This document shows, one piece after another, positions 28,104 to 39,164 of a stretch of DNA of 64,000 bases (the stretch's first letter is position 1; each line of letters opens with the position of its first letter). Below the pieces are notes generated by a model. It saw only the letters and a list, made by a program, of their open reading frames with translations, did not search any database and was not told the DNA's origin. Made by a program: the position numbers and the translations under genes. Origin of the DNA: an uncultured Candidatus Saccharibacteria bacterium (GTDB lineage: Bacteria > Patescibacteriota > Minisyncoccia > Phycocordibacterales > UBA12088); the NCBI GenBank assembly GCA_964411375.1, contig CAYPKR010000002.1, forward strand, positions 894 to 64,893, written 5' to 3'.

Positions 28104-31100
28104 CTAGTCGTGGAGTACACCCGGCCAGAGATTGTAGAGAATCGGAATGAGGAGAAGAGTAATGACTGCGGCGAATGAGAGTCCGAAAATAATTGCAGTT
28201 GCAAGCGGCGCCCAGAGTCCACCAGTAAATGCGAGTGGGAACATTCCGATAATGGTGGTGATGTTGGTAAGTGCAATCGGGCGAAGTCGAATTGAGGAAC
28301 CTTCGATAACCAAATCGGTAATATTTTTATCTGGATGTTCGCGGCGAAGGTGGTTGATCACGTCGAGAAGAAGAATCGTGTGATTCACGATGATGCCGGC
28401 GAGCGCAATAACACCAAGTACTGATGGGAAGGAAAGTGGCAGGCGGGTAAGTGCGAGTCCGATCATAATACCGATGAGTGTGAGTGGCACGCCGGAGAGC
28501 ACATAGAATGAATGGCGCCATGAGTTGAATTCAAACATGAGGACAGCAAGCATGAGGACAAGTCCTGCAAGAAGCGCGTAACCCATTTCGGAAAACGATT
28601 TGTCGGTTTCTTCGGTCTCACCGCCGGAGGTCATGATGACGCCCGCAGGAATATCAAGTTCTGTCGCTGCACGCTTCTTGAATTCAGCATTAATTTCAGC
28701 AGTGTTTCCAGTTGCCGAGAGATCACTTGCCGCAGTTGCAACGCGCTTTCGCTCATCGTGAGTGATTGCGGCGCTTGCCGTGTCGAGCTTTGTCGAGAGA
28801 AGCGTACCGAGAAGTACCGGACCGTTTGGAGACGCGATCTGCATATTTTGGATCGAGTCAATCGTCGTCTTGGTCGTATCTTCCGGTGTCACATAATTCG
28901 GATTGAGATTTGCCGATACGACAATATCAATATCATTTCCGGATGTTTTGATTGAAGTCGCCTTAGTGCCATTAACTGCCGCGCGAAGCGTGAACGCAAC
29001 GGTTGAAGGATCGATTCCCAAAGAAATCGCTTTCGCCTTGTCGATGGTGAGGACAAATTCCGTTTCAGAATCTTTCGTAGACGCAGTGACGTTTGCCGTT
29101 CCTTTGATCGAACGAAGAATGCGCGCTGATTGATCGGCAAGGGAATTGATCGCATCAAGATCGTCGCCGCGGAATTTGATAACAATCGGGGTGCCGACCG
29201 GCGGGCCGCCTGAAGGTTCTGACACGCGGATTTCGCTCGTGTTGATTCCGGCGAGCTTTTCGCGCAAATGCTCGACCATTTCGCTCGAAGTCATTTTGCG
29301 ATCTTTTTTCAGGTTAATGAAAATATTGCCGAACTTGGTATCCGCAGTCGGGTTGTTTGAGAATTCGCTGGATGCACCGACTGATGTTGAGAATGCAGCA
29401 ATGTCTGGCTCGTCGTAGAGGAATTCCTCAATCTTTCGCATCTCAAGATCAGTTCTCGAGAGCGCGGTTCCTTGCGGCAGTTCATCTTCAACGATGACGT
29501 AGTCGACATCTTCACCTGGGAAGAAAATCACTTTAACGAGACCACTGATTGGGAAGAGTGGAGAGACGAAAAATCCAATTGCGAGTACGAGAATAATTTG
29601 TTTTTGAAGACGACGGTTTGCAAAAATGCGCGTCAAAAATGCGACGTACCAGTTTTGTAGTTTATAAAACCATTCATCTTGCCATGAATGTCCCGCATGC
29701 CCTTTTTCTTCGGTTGAAAGGAAGGAAACGCCAAGAACTGGCACGAATACGAGCGCAACAAAGAGGGAAGCAAGGAGAACGAAGATAATCGTGAATGGAA
29801 TCGTTGCAATAAATTGTCCGACGATGCCTGAAATAAAGAAGAGCGGGAAGAACATCAGAACCGTCGCCATAATGCCTGCAGTCAAGGGAGCTTGGTAGGT
29901 TTTAACTGCGAGGAACGCTGATTCTTTCGGAGAATTTCCTTTGGTGACAAACGTATACATACTTTCGACGACGACGATGCCGGCGTCGACCAAGATACCC
30001 ATCGCAAGAATCAAAGAGAAGAGAGAAACAAAGTTCAATGTATTTCCAGAATAGTTGAGTCCGATGAATGCGATGACGAACGAAATCGGAATAGAACTTC
30101 CCGCAACGAGCGCTTCTCGCCATCCGACCGTCAAAAAGAGGACAATCATCACGAGTACGATCGCTTCGATGCCGGTTCTCGTGAGTTCAAAAAGACTTTT
30201 GCGAAGTTCTTCGCCTGAGTCGAGTGTGGTGTTTACGGTCACACCTTCCAAAAGCTCTCCGGGTTTCTGAAGTTCTTCGAGTCGTTTGCCAACTGCATCA
30301 GTAACGTTTGCAATATTGCCGCCCGTTCGCTTGAATACGGCGACTGAAAGCGATGGTTCTGAAGGTTTTCCATCCGCAGATACGCGAGAAATGCTCGATT
30401 GCTTTGAAAGTCCGACAATCACATCAGCGACATCACGCACATAGATCGCGTGTCCATTTTTAGAAAGAATCGGCAAATTCTGGATCTCGTTCGGATCCTT
30501 AATATCGCCCTTGAACTGGATGCCGTAGTTGACGCCATCAAGTTCAATTGAGCCGACGGGAAGCTCGGCATTTGCTCGTGAGAGCGCGTTCACGATATCA
30601 GTGAGTCCAAGTCCAAAGGACGCGAGCGCTTCCTTACGCGCGATGACTGACACTTGGCGATCGCGTTTACCAACAACGCTCACCGTTGAAACGCCTTGCA
30701 CCTGTTTCAGGTCTTCTTCGAGAGAGTCGGCGAGTTTGTTGAGTTCTTCTTCAGAAATTTCGCTACCAATCGAAAACGTGTAGATGGGTTGATTGACGAA
30801 GTCGACATCGGAAACAATTGGATCATTTGCTTCGTCCGGGAGTTCAGATTTTACGCGATCCACTTTGTCTTTCAGATCTTGGATCGATTTGTCGAGGTCA
30901 GCGTCAGAATTGAACTGTACGGTGATGATCGATACATTTTCACGCGATACCGACGTAATCTTATCGACATTTTTTAGGTTTCCCGAAAGTGCGTCTTCAA
31001 TTTTGTTGGTGACCAGGGTTTCGACATCGATTGCCGATGCTCCGGGAAGTACCGTCGAAACGATGCCGACTGGAATGCGCACCTCAGGTGCTGACTCTTT

Positions 31101-31202
31101 TGGAATCGCAGAAAGCGAAAAGAGTCCGGCAATGATGAGTGAGCCGAGCAATAGATAGCTAAAATTTCGTTTAGTGAGGAAGAATTTCCAGAGAGAATAC
31201 AT
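28104..31202 (-). CDS. RND efflux permease (AcrB/AcrD/AcrF family)
   Basis: 1032 aa, PKESAPEV, GILVDAGIVVVE, RLRPIALT. Confidence 0.95.
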   Translation of the reverse strand: MYSLWKFFLTKRNFSYLLLGSLIIAGLFSLSAIPKESAPEVRIPVGIVSTVLPGASAIDVETLVTNKIEDALSGNLKNVDKITSVSRENVSIITVQFNSDADLDKSIQDLKDKVDRVKSELPDEANDPIVSDVDFVNQPIYTFSIGSEISEEELNKLADSLEEDLKQVQGVSTVSVVGKRDRQVSVIARKEALASFGLGLTDIVNALSRANAELPVGSIELDGVNYGIQFKGDIKDPNEIQNLPILSKNGHAIYVRDVADVIVGLSKQSSISRVSADGKPSEPSLSVAVFKRTGGNIANVTDAVGKRLEELQKPGELLEGVTVNTTLDSGEELRKSLFELTRTGIEAIVLVMIVLFLTVGWREALVAGSSIPISFVIAFIGLNYSGNTLNFVSLFSLILAMGILVDAGIVVVESMYTFVTKGNSPKESAFLAVKTYQAPLTAGIMATVLMFFPLFFISGIVGQFIATIPFTIIFVLLASLFVALVFVPVLGVSFLSTEEKGHAGHSWQDEWFYKLQNWYVAFLTRIFANRRLQKQIILVLAIGFFVSPLFPISGLVKVIFFPGEDVDYVIVEDELPQGTALSRTDLEMRKIEEFLYDEPDIAAFSTSVGASSEFSNNPTADTKFGNIFINLKKDRKMTSSEMVEHLREKLAGINTSEIRVSEPSGGPPVGTPIVIKFRGDDLDAINSLADQSARILRSIKGTANVTASTKDSETEFVLTIDKAKAISLGIDPSTVAFTLRAAVNGTKATSIKTSGNDIDIVVSANLNPNYVTPEDTTKTTIDSIQNMQIASPNGPVLLGTLLSTKLDTASAAITHDERKRVATAASDLSATGNTAEINAEFKKRAATELDIPAGVIMTSGGETEETDKSFSEMGYALLAGLVLMLAVLMFEFNSWRHSFYVLSGVPLTLIGIMIGLALTRLPLSFPSVLGVIALAGIIVNHTILLLDVINHLRREHPDKNITDLVIEGSSIRLRPIALTNITTIIGMFPLAFTGGLWAPLATAIIFGLSFAAVITLLLIPILYNLWPGVLHD

Positions 31203-31224
31203 ATCTTATGGAATTGATGGAAAC

Positions 31225-32844
31225 CTACATCGAAATAGTCGAAGACGCGATAAGGACGGTATCACCGACTTTCAAACCTCGAACATCGGTTACAATTTCC
31301 ATTTCTGGAGTAAGACCACTCGTTACGAGGACTTTGTCGCCAGCAATATCACCGAGAACAATCGCGTGAGATGAGACAAGACCATTTTGATCGACAGTGA
31401 ATACGGATGTCTCGCTCGTACCGACTTTTACGGCAGTAAGAGGAAGCATGAGAGCAGAATCTGATTTTGGTGCTTTTGTGTCGACTACTTTTCGCTCGAT
31501 ATTCAAAGATACCGTCGCGCCTTGAGTGAGGTCGCTTGCTTTTCCGGTCACACCGATTCGTACCTCTGCTTTTTTGGTATCAGGATCGAGACCTGGTGCG
31601 ATCGACGTAACAACGCCAGATACTTTGTTGTCGACTACTACTTTCGCACCAACCGCGATCATCGAGCGCTCCTGTTCTGAAATGTAGGTGACGATTTCGA
31701 GCGCGCCGTTATTTGATACGACTGCCGCGATTTGGAATGGATTAACGAAATCTCCCTTGCGGAGCGCGAGGGTGTTCAGTGTTCCTGAGATTGGTGTGCG
31801 GATTACCGAATGCTCAAAGTTTGCGCGTGCAACTGCGAGTGAAGCTTCTGCGGCAGCGATATCTTCGGGCTGATTACCCGTAACTCCTTGAGAAAGATTC
31901 TTTTCAGCGATTTCGAGCGCCGCTTTCTTCGATGAGAGTGTATCTCTTGCGGAAGAAAGGCTTGCGATAGAGGCAATAACACTTGCTCGTGCGGTTGTTG
32001 CGCCGGTCTTGTAACCGTCAATTGTAGTTTGAGAAAGTCCAGAACTTGCAATTCCTTTGTTGAGCGCCGAAATCACATCATCGAGATATGATTTCACTGT
32101 CTGTAATTCACTAATGGTTAAATTGATTTCTCCAGGAATTGCATCAGCGGAAATTGTTTTTCCACTCATTGAATCCTGGCGCGTAAGAATATTTGCCATT
32201 GCGCCACGCTCGTTTTCGATTCGAGTAACTAAGCTCGAGTCTGAGGTAGGAATATTGAAGTGTGGAGAAGGTGATCGCGGATTTACAAACATCGGGTCAG
32301 TTGATTGGAAAATTGCTGAATCCACTGTCGCATATGCAGAGAGAAGTCCAGTCTGTGCCGTTGAAATTGCACCTGACAACCCTTCGTTTGCATTATCCTT
32401 GCTGATCTGAAGGATTGAAAGCTGTTCGCTTCTCGTTCCGGCAAGCGCCTTCTGATACATTGCCTGCGCCTGCGCGACCGCCGCGCGCTCAGATGCATTT
32501 TCAATTTCTGCAATTACTGTTCCTGCAGATACGTATTGTCCAACGGTCGCATACACGCCTCGAACCTCTCCCGTTTTCTCCGTACGGAGCGTTGCTTCAG
32601 AAGTAGAATGAATGGATCCTACAAGCGGAAGCGGACTGGTGTTAGCACCAAGAGCAGCAACCGTTGAAACCGTTACTTCACGGAGTTTTGCTGATTCAAC
32701 TGAGCCAGCACTCTTATTTCCTAAAAAGATTGCAAGTCCAATGAGTATTACCAGAATAACCCCACCGATAAGCAGGTTTCTCCTCGTCGCAAATCTACGG
32801 ATTTCCTCTTTCGAAGGAAGCCGGCGGGGAATGTAATTTCGCAT
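31225..32844 (-). CDS. RND periplasmic adaptor (membrane fusion protein) with long coiled coil
   Basis: TM, GQYVSAGTVIAEI, IRTPISG, LPLTAV, GLKVGD. Confidence 0.9.
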   Translation of the reverse strand: MRNYIPRRLPSKEEIRRFATRRNLLIGGVILVILIGLAIFLGNKSAGSVESAKLREVTVSTVAALGANTSPLPLVGSIHSTSEATLRTEKTGEVRGVYATVGQYVSAGTVIAEIENASERAAVAQAQAMYQKALAGTRSEQLSILQISKDNANEGLSGAISTAQTGLLSAYATVDSAIFQSTDPMFVNPRSPSPHFNIPTSDSSLVTRIENERGAMANILTRQDSMSGKTISADAIPGEINLTISELQTVKSYLDDVISALNKGIASSGLSQTTIDGYKTGATTARASVIASIASLSSARDTLSSKKAALEIAEKNLSQGVTGNQPEDIAAAEASLAVARANFEHSVIRTPISGTLNTLALRKGDFVNPFQIAAVVSNNGALEIVTYISEQERSMIAVGAKVVVDNKVSGVVTSIAPGLDPDTKKAEVRIGVTGKASDLTQGATVSLNIERKVVDTKAPKSDSALMLPLTAVKVGTSETSVFTVDQNGLVSSHAIVLGDIAGDKVLVTSGLTPEMEIVTDVRGLKVGDTVLIASSTISM

Positions 32845-32965
32845 ATGTATAGATGATATAACGTTCACATAATATCGTTTTTTCTTCATCTGGTCAAAAA
32901 ATGGCATCTCCGTTTTTTACACATCGAGCTTGAACTATTCGCCGAGCGCGTTACACTACAGGTAC

Positions 32966-33199
32966 ATGTTCAAAGAATTTTTCACCAAGAAGCTCATCGA
33001 GCGTCAACTTAAAAATCTTCCGAAGGATCAGCAGGAATTGGTTATGAAACTTGTGACGGAGAATCCTGAACTTTTCAAAAAGATCAATGATGAAATCCAA
33101 GCGGAGATAAAAAGCGGAAAAGAGCAGATGTCTGCCGCAATGCTCGTCTTTTCGCGCCATAAATCAGAACTCCAAAAATTAATGGCTAATAGCAAATAA
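32966..33199 (+). CDS. Small helical hypothetical protein
   Basis: LKNLPKDQQE..NPELFKKI..SGKEQMSAAM. Confidence 0.7.
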   Translation: MFKEFFTKKLIERQLKNLPKDQQELVMKLVTENPELFKKINDEIQAEIKSGKEQMSAAMLVFSRHKSELQKLMANSK

Positions 33200-33202
33200 T
33201 AT

Positions 33203-33715
33203 ATGAGCTTGCTCGTATTTTTGTTCGTTGCACAGCAACTCGCCGTGTCGATTTCGATTGGTGGGGCTACCTTTGCGCTGATTTTTTATTACAAGTCGAT
33301 GCGCGACGGGCATATCGATTCGGAAGAGCGAAGTTTTATGCGCATCGTATATTTGGTGATGCGTATTGGCTTAAGCGCCATTGTGATCAGCGAACTTCTC
33401 TTGGTCGCGGATTTCTATTCGGCAGGTGGTGTCCAACTTCTTCTCACCAACGCCTTCTGGTTCCGGTGGACGCTTCTCGCAATTATCGTCATCAACGCAA
33501 TCCTCATGGATATGCGGAAAATTCCGCACTCAATTGGCCCAGCAATCACCGGCGCCTCCTGGTATATGTACGCGATTGCGACGATTCTCTCCCGTGCAAA
33601 CTTCGAAGTGCCGTACTTTGCATGGGTACTTTGGTACGTACTCTTTGTCGTAATTTTTGCAGGCTTTCTTATGCTGGTCGACATGCTCTATATCAAGAAA
33701 GAACGGGCGCAGTAA
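33203..33715 (+). CDS. Integral membrane hypothetical protein
   Basis: About 5 TMs, DGHIDSEER motif. Confidence 0.75.
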   Translation: MSLLVFLFVAQQLAVSISIGGATFALIFYYKSMRDGHIDSEERSFMRIVYLVMRIGLSAIVISELLLVADFYSAGGVQLLLTNAFWFRWTLLAIIVINAILMDMRKIPHSIGPAITGASWYMYAIATILSRANFEVPYFAWVLWYVLFVVIFAGFLMLVDMLYIKKERAQ

Positions 33716-33760
33716 GAAGATCTAAGTAGTTTCGTTTATTACTCATAGACACAAACAAAT

Positions 33761-33937
33761 ATGGAAGGAAATCCTATGGAAAAGTTGAATCCTGCTGAGC
33801 TCGACGGCTCAGACGAGGTACCACAAGATTCAACCGGCGAAGGTACCACGCCAACAGAGGATACCGAAAGGGACGGATCTGGAAATAGTTCAAAATTTTG
33901 GAGTTGGCTCAGTGATATGCGCCCCCCAAAAGAATAG
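33761..33937 (+). CDS. 58-aa acidic microprotein (not in ORF track)
   Basis: MEGNPMEKLNP...KFWSWLSDMRPPKE*, followed by a terminator-like hairpin at ~33953-33977. Confidence 0.45.
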   Translation: MEGNPMEKLNPAELDGSDEVPQDSTGEGTTPTEDTERDGSGNSSKFWSWLSDMRPPKE

Positions 33938-34012
33938 TAAATTGTAGGTTTTGAAAAGGCGGCGATTGTCGCCTTTTGCTTCTAGGTAATTGCTGCGTGC
34001 TGTAGTATAACG

Positions 34013-35116
34013 ATGTCCATGTCATTATCGATCGGCATCGTCGGGCTTCCAAACGTGGGTAAATCCACGCTTTTTAATGCACTGACCAAAAAGAGTGTGC
34101 TCGTAGCTAATTATCCCTTTGCTACCATTGATCCGTCGGTCGGCATCGTTGCCGTTCCCGATTTCCGTCTCCAAACGCTCACTGATCTTTCTCATTCCGC
34201 AAAAACCATTCCTGCCGCAGTTGAATTCGTCGATATCGCTGGTTTGGTTAAAGGAGCAAGTGAGGGCGAAGGGCTGGGAAACCAATTCCTTGCAAATATT
34301 CGAGAAACTGACGCCATCGCTGAAGTCGTTCGTATTTTTGATGATCAAAATGTGCTTCACGTAAGTGGAGGAGTTGATCCTGTTTCAGATATTGAGGTCA
34401 TCAATCTCGAACTTATTTTTGCTGACCTTGAAACAGTAACAAAGCGAATTTCAAATCTGGAACGTGATGTTCGTCGTGGCGATAAAGTGGCCATTCTTGA
34501 ACAAGGAGCCGCAACCAAGATTCGCCAAGCGCTTGAAGCCGGAAAACTTGCAAACTCGGTCTCACTCACTGAAGAAGAAGGAAAAATCGTAAAAACGCTC
34601 CACCTTCTCACGATGAAACCGATTCTCTATGTGCTGAATAAAAAAGCAGGCGGACATAATCTTGATGAAATGAACGATGAGCGTTTCCAAAAGCTCATGG
34701 ATTTTCTGATAAAAAATAATGCATCGTACGTAATCGTCGATGCAGGCGTTGAAAACGAACTCAAAGATGTAAGCGACGACGATAAAACAATGTTCCGTCA
34801 GGAATTTGGCGTTGTCGATGATGGCGTCAATGATTTAATCAAACACGGCTACGACATGCTCGGTCTTATGACGTACTTCACAACCGGCGAAGATGAAACA
34901 CGTGCATGGACAACGAAGAAAAATTCAACTGCACCTGTTGCCGCTGCTGCAATCCACACGGACTTCAAAGAAAAATTTATTCGTGCCGAAGTCGTCGCGT
35001 ACGACAAACTTGTTGAGGCTGGCAGTTACGGAAAAGCACGTGAAAAGGGATGGGTCAGAACAGAAGGGAAGGAATACGTCGTCAAAGACGGCGATGTGAT
35101 TGAGTTTAAGATTTAA
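34013..35116 (+). CDS. ychF: Ribosome-binding ATPase YchF
   Basis: [36 protein letters not shown]. Confidence 0.97.
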   Translation: MSMSLSIGIVGLPNVGKSTLFNALTKKSVLVANYPFATIDPSVGIVAVPDFRLQTLTDLSHSAKTIPAAVEFVDIAGLVKGASEGEGLGNQFLANIRETDAIAEVVRIFDDQNVLHVSGGVDPVSDIEVINLELIFADLETVTKRISNLERDVRRGDKVAILEQGAATKIRQALEAGKLANSVSLTEEEGKIVKTLHLLTMKPILYVLNKKAGGHNLDEMNDERFQKLMDFLIKNNASYVIVDAGVENELKDVSDDDKTMFRQEFGVVDDGVNDLIKHGYDMLGLMTYFTTGEDETRAWTTKKNSTAPVAAAAIHTDFKEKFIRAEVVAYDKLVEAGSYGKAREKGWVRTEGKEYVVKDGDVIEFKI

Positions 35117-35133
35117 CCGTAAATCTAATCTTG

Positions 35134-35580
35134 ATGAATTTTCAGCGACAGCTTGAAAAACTCAAAAGCTTCGGCTGGCCGCAAAAGGAATTTGTCGTGG
35201 TAAGTTCAGGTGCCTTGGCGGTTCGGGGAATTCGTGATTCTCATGACCTTGATGTCATGGTTTCTAAAATCTTGTGGAATGAATTATCGAAGAAATATCC
35301 GACCGTAAAAAATGAATACGGAATTGAACGGTTGTGTCCGGATCCGGAAATTGAAATTTTCCACCCAGAACACACTATATTTGGTGATGCTGGCGGAATT
35401 CTACAGACACAAGAAGTATTTGAACGTGCAGACCTTCTTGAAGAGATTCAGTTCATGAACCTTCGCGACTTGAAACTGATTAAAACGAAAATGGGAAGAG
35501 AAAAAGATCTTCGCGATATCGAACTTATCGATACATATCTCGAAACAGAGAATGCCGTGACCGCTGTCCTTCCTCGCTAA
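35134..35580 (+). CDS. Nucleotidyltransferase-fold hypothetical protein
   Basis: SGALAVRGIR..DLDVMV, GREKDLRDI. Confidence 0.65.
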   Translation: MNFQRQLEKLKSFGWPQKEFVVVSSGALAVRGIRDSHDLDVMVSKILWNELSKKYPTVKNEYGIERLCPDPEIEIFHPEHTIFGDAGGILQTQEVFERADLLEEIQFMNLRDLKLIKTKMGREKDLRDIELIDTYLETENAVTAVLPR

Positions 35581-35653
35581 ACAGGCTCCCAAAAATCATT
35601 TACAACTACTCGTTTCATTGTAAAATGTACTGATTACGAGCTAATTAGCATAC

Positions 35654-36619
35654 ATGGATCAAAGTATATCGACGAAGCCACGTCTCACTCCGAAGGATTT
35701 CGTCCTCTACTTGGCGGCGATGATTTTTCTCTACACGAGCGTATTTTCACTCCTCGCGCTCCTCTTCGAGTACATTAATATTCTCTTTCCGGACGCGCTT
35801 CAGTATATTGATCCATATTCAACGGGCATTCGCTTCTCAATTGCGACCTTGATTATTATTTTTCCACTCTATGTGTTCCTAACGCGTGTTCTGAATCAAG
35901 ACGTTCGCAAAAATCCTGAAAAGCGCGAACTCGGATTCCGCAAGTGGCTCATGTACATCACCATTCTTGCTGCAGGAATCGGCATGGCGGCGGACTTGGT
36001 TGCGCTTGTAAACACGTATCTCGGCGGCGAAATCAGTAATCGCTTTATCCTCAAAGTTCTCGCAGTTTTCGTCGTTGCCGGAAGCGTCTTTACGTACTAC
36101 CTTCTCGATCTTAAGGGGTATTGGGAAAAAAATAAGCCGCAGGCACAACTTACTGGAATTCTTGCGCTCGTTCTCGTGTTTGGCTCCATCATCGGCGGCT
36201 TTGCGGTAATGGGTTCTCCGACGACACAACGACTCATGCGCTTTGATCAGCAAAAAATTTCGGATCTTCAGAGTATTCAATGGCAGATCATTAACTATTG
36301 GCAAGCGAAACAAAAATTGCCTGAATCTTTGGAAGTACTGAATGACCCACTGACCGGAAGCGTCGTGCCAACTGACCCACAAGAAGGAAAGGCGTATACG
36401 TACTCAATTGTTTCCACAAATGATCTCTCGTTCAAACTCTGCGCAACCTTTAATCGCGACGGAACCGTCCAATCTGGATACATTGGTCGGGATATGAGTT
36501 ACCCTGCATCAGTCGGTATTAAGGGAGATGAAAGCTGGGCGCATTCGGTTGGAGAGACCTGCTTTACACGCACTATTGATCCGGATAAATTTCCGCCAAT
36601 AAACGCAAAACCAATATAG
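35654..36619 (+). CDS. DUF5671-domain membrane protein
   Basis: PKDFVLYL, RKWLMYITI, GSP..R..D, DPQEGKAYTY..LCATF. Confidence 0.75.
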   Translation: MDQSISTKPRLTPKDFVLYLAAMIFLYTSVFSLLALLFEYINILFPDALQYIDPYSTGIRFSIATLIIIFPLYVFLTRVLNQDVRKNPEKRELGFRKWLMYITILAAGIGMAADLVALVNTYLGGEISNRFILKVLAVFVVAGSVFTYYLLDLKGYWEKNKPQAQLTGILALVLVFGSIIGGFAVMGSPTTQRLMRFDQQKISDLQSIQWQIINYWQAKQKLPESLEVLNDPLTGSVVPTDPQEGKAYTYSIVSTNDLSFKLCATFNRDGTVQSGYIGRDMSYPASVGIKGDESWAHSVGETCFTRTIDPDKFPPINAKPI

Positions 36620-36645
36620 TGCGCCGAAGACTGTAATTTTTTCTG

Positions 36646-39090
36646 ATGGCGTACGATCATTCTCGAATTGAAAAGAAGTGGCAAGAAAAGTGGGAGGACG
36701 CGGGGATTTCTCGTGCCTCAGAGGATTCAAGTAAGAAAAAATTCTACGCACTCGTTGAGTTCCCGTACCCATCAGGTGCTGGTCTTCACACCGGCCATGT
36801 TCGAAGCTACGCGGCGATGGATATCATCGTACGGAAGCGGCGCGCTGAAGGATATTCAGTGCTATATCCAATTGGATGGGATGCGTTCGGACTTCCAACT
36901 GAAAACTACGCAATCAAAACGGGAAGAAAGCCGCAGGACATCACCCAGGAAAATACTGATACATTTCGTCGTCAGCTCAAATCGCTCGGAATTTCATTTG
37001 ATTGGTCAAGGGAAATTAACACCACTGATCCTTCGTACTACAAATGGACGCAATGGATTTTCCTCAAACTTCTTGAACATGGACTCGCGTATAAAGCGAA
37101 GACCTTAATTAACTGGTGCCCGAAAGATAAAATCGGGCTCGCGAACGAAGAAGTTGTTGATGGAAAATGTGAACGCTGTGGGACGGTTGTCGAAAAACGT
37201 GAAAAGGAACAATGGATGCTCGCAATCACCAAGTATGCGGATCGACTCTACGCTGATCTCGACAAAGTCGATTACATTGAGCGTGCAAAAATGCAACAAA
37301 GGAATTGGATCGGTCCATCAGAGGGTGCAGAAATCAGTTTCCCACTTAAATTTACGTTTGACGAGAAAGCAAATGATAATCGCGGACCAAATGGAGAAGA
37401 AGCAGCGATCCCTGTTTTCACAACTCGTCCTGACACACTGTTTGGTGCAACCTGTCTTGTACTCGCGCCCGAACACTTGTGGGTCACGCTCGCAACTGAT
37501 GACAACCATCATGTTCTCAAAAATAAAGATGAAGTAAAAGCGTACCTAGAGTTGGTGAAAAATAAAACCGATATTGAACGTGGCGGAGATACAAAAGAAA
37601 AAACGGGAGTAAAAATTGACGGCGTTGTTGCGATCAATCCGGCTTCAAACGAAGAGATTCCAATCTTCGTCGCTGATTATGTGCTTCCGAATTATGGCAC
37701 CGGCGCCTTGATGGCAGTTCCTGCGCACGATGAACGCGATTTTGCGTTTGCCGAAAAATTTAATCTTCCAATTAGGAACGTAATCACGCCGCCAGCTGGT
37801 TCTGATGAAGCTAAAGTCTGGACTGGAATGGGATATTTGATTAACTCTGGGAAATTTGATGGGGTTCCTAGCGAAGAAGCAAAAAAGAAAATCACTGAAT
37901 TTGTCGGTGGAACTTGGAAAACAACCTACAAACTTCGTGATTGGGTATTTTCGCGCCAGAGATATTGGGGCGAACCAATTCCAGTCGTGCATTGCCCGAC
38001 ATGCGGCATCGTACCGCTTCCCGAAAATCAACTTCCGCTTGTACTTCCTGACGTCGAAAAATATCAGCCAACAGATGACGGCGAATCACCACTCGCGCAG
38101 ATGACTGATTGGGTCAATACAACCTGTCCAAAATGTAACGGACCTGCGAAACGAGAAACTGACACCATGCCAAATTGGGCGGGATCAAGTTGGTATTACC
38201 TCCGGTACGCTGATCCACGAAATAATCAGAAATTTGCCGCAGAAGACAAACTTAAATATTGGACTCCAGTCGATTGCTACAACGGCGGTATGGAACACAC
38301 AGTACTTCACCTTCTCTATTCGCGCTTTTGGCACAAATTCTTGTTTGATATCAAGCTGGTTCCGACTGATGAGCCATACATGAAGCGTACATCGCACGGA
38401 CTCATTCTTGCCGAAGGAGGCGAGAAGATGTCGAAATCAAAAGGGAACACGGTGTCTCCCGATGAAATCGTCACTCGCTTTGGCGCAGACGCGCTTCGCG
38501 TATATGAAATGTTTATGGGCCCTTTTGATCAGGCAATTGCATGGAACACGGACAACTTGGTTGGCGCACTTCGCTTTCTTGAGCGCGTTGAACGCGCTTC
38601 AGAGCGAGTTTCCGAAGGACAACTTTCGAAAGAACTCGAAATACTGATGCATCAGACGATCAAAAAGATCACAGAAGATATCGAAGAGCTCAAAATGAAC
38701 ACCGCCGTTTCGAGCTTAATGATTTTTCTGAATACGCTCGAAAAAGAGGAGACAGTATCGAAGATCGGATTCGAAACACTCATTCGACTACTCGCTCCAT
38801 TTGCGCCGCATCTTTCTGAAGAGTTGTGGGAAAAAATCGGTAATACATTTTCAGTGCACACTGCTCCGTGGCCGACATATGATGTAGGAAAAACGGTATC
38901 TGACACAGTAACGATCCCAATTCAGGTTAATAGCAAAGTTCGAGGCGAAGTTGTTGCGCCTCGTGGATCTAATGAAGACTCCATTTTTGCGCTCGCTAAG
39001 GAAAATCCAAACATTGCGCGTTTCTTGACAGGGGACTCGATTAAGAAGAGAGTCTATGTACCAGACCGGCTCATGAACATTGTGGTCTAG
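36646..39090 (+). CDS. leuS: Leucine--tRNA ligase
   Basis: FPYPSGAGLHTGH, TTRPDT, GTG editing motif, KMSKS. Confidence 0.98.
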   Translation: MAYDHSRIEKKWQEKWEDAGISRASEDSSKKKFYALVEFPYPSGAGLHTGHVRSYAAMDIIVRKRRAEGYSVLYPIGWDAFGLPTENYAIKTGRKPQDITQENTDTFRRQLKSLGISFDWSREINTTDPSYYKWTQWIFLKLLEHGLAYKAKTLINWCPKDKIGLANEEVVDGKCERCGTVVEKREKEQWMLAITKYADRLYADLDKVDYIERAKMQQRNWIGPSEGAEISFPLKFTFDEKANDNRGPNGEEAAIPVFTTRPDTLFGATCLVLAPEHLWVTLATDDNHHVLKNKDEVKAYLELVKNKTDIERGGDTKEKTGVKIDGVVAINPASNEEIPIFVADYVLPNYGTGALMAVPAHDERDFAFAEKFNLPIRNVITPPAGSDEAKVWTGMGYLINSGKFDGVPSEEAKKKITEFVGGTWKTTYKLRDWVFSRQRYWGEPIPVVHCPTCGIVPLPENQLPLVLPDVEKYQPTDDGESPLAQMTDWVNTTCPKCNGPAKRETDTMPNWAGSSWYYLRYADPRNNQKFAAEDKLKYWTPVDCYNGGMEHTVLHLLYSRFWHKFLFDIKLVPTDEPYMKRTSHGLILAEGGEKMSKSKGNTVSPDEIVTRFGADALRVYEMFMGPFDQAIAWNTDNLVGALRFLERVERASERVSEGQLSKELEILMHQTIKKITEDIEELKMNTAVSSLMIFLNTLEKEETVSKIGFETLIRLLAPFAPHLSEELWEKIGNTFSVHTAPWPTYDVGKTVSDTVTIPIQVNSKVRGEVVAPRGSNEDSIFALAKENPNIARFLTGDSIKKRVYVPDRLMNIVV

Positions 39091-39164
39091 GGAGGGGAAA
39101 ATGTGGTCTAATTGGAATGTCTTGACGCCCTCCCAGTTACGTGCTAAAAATGACTTCACCTACT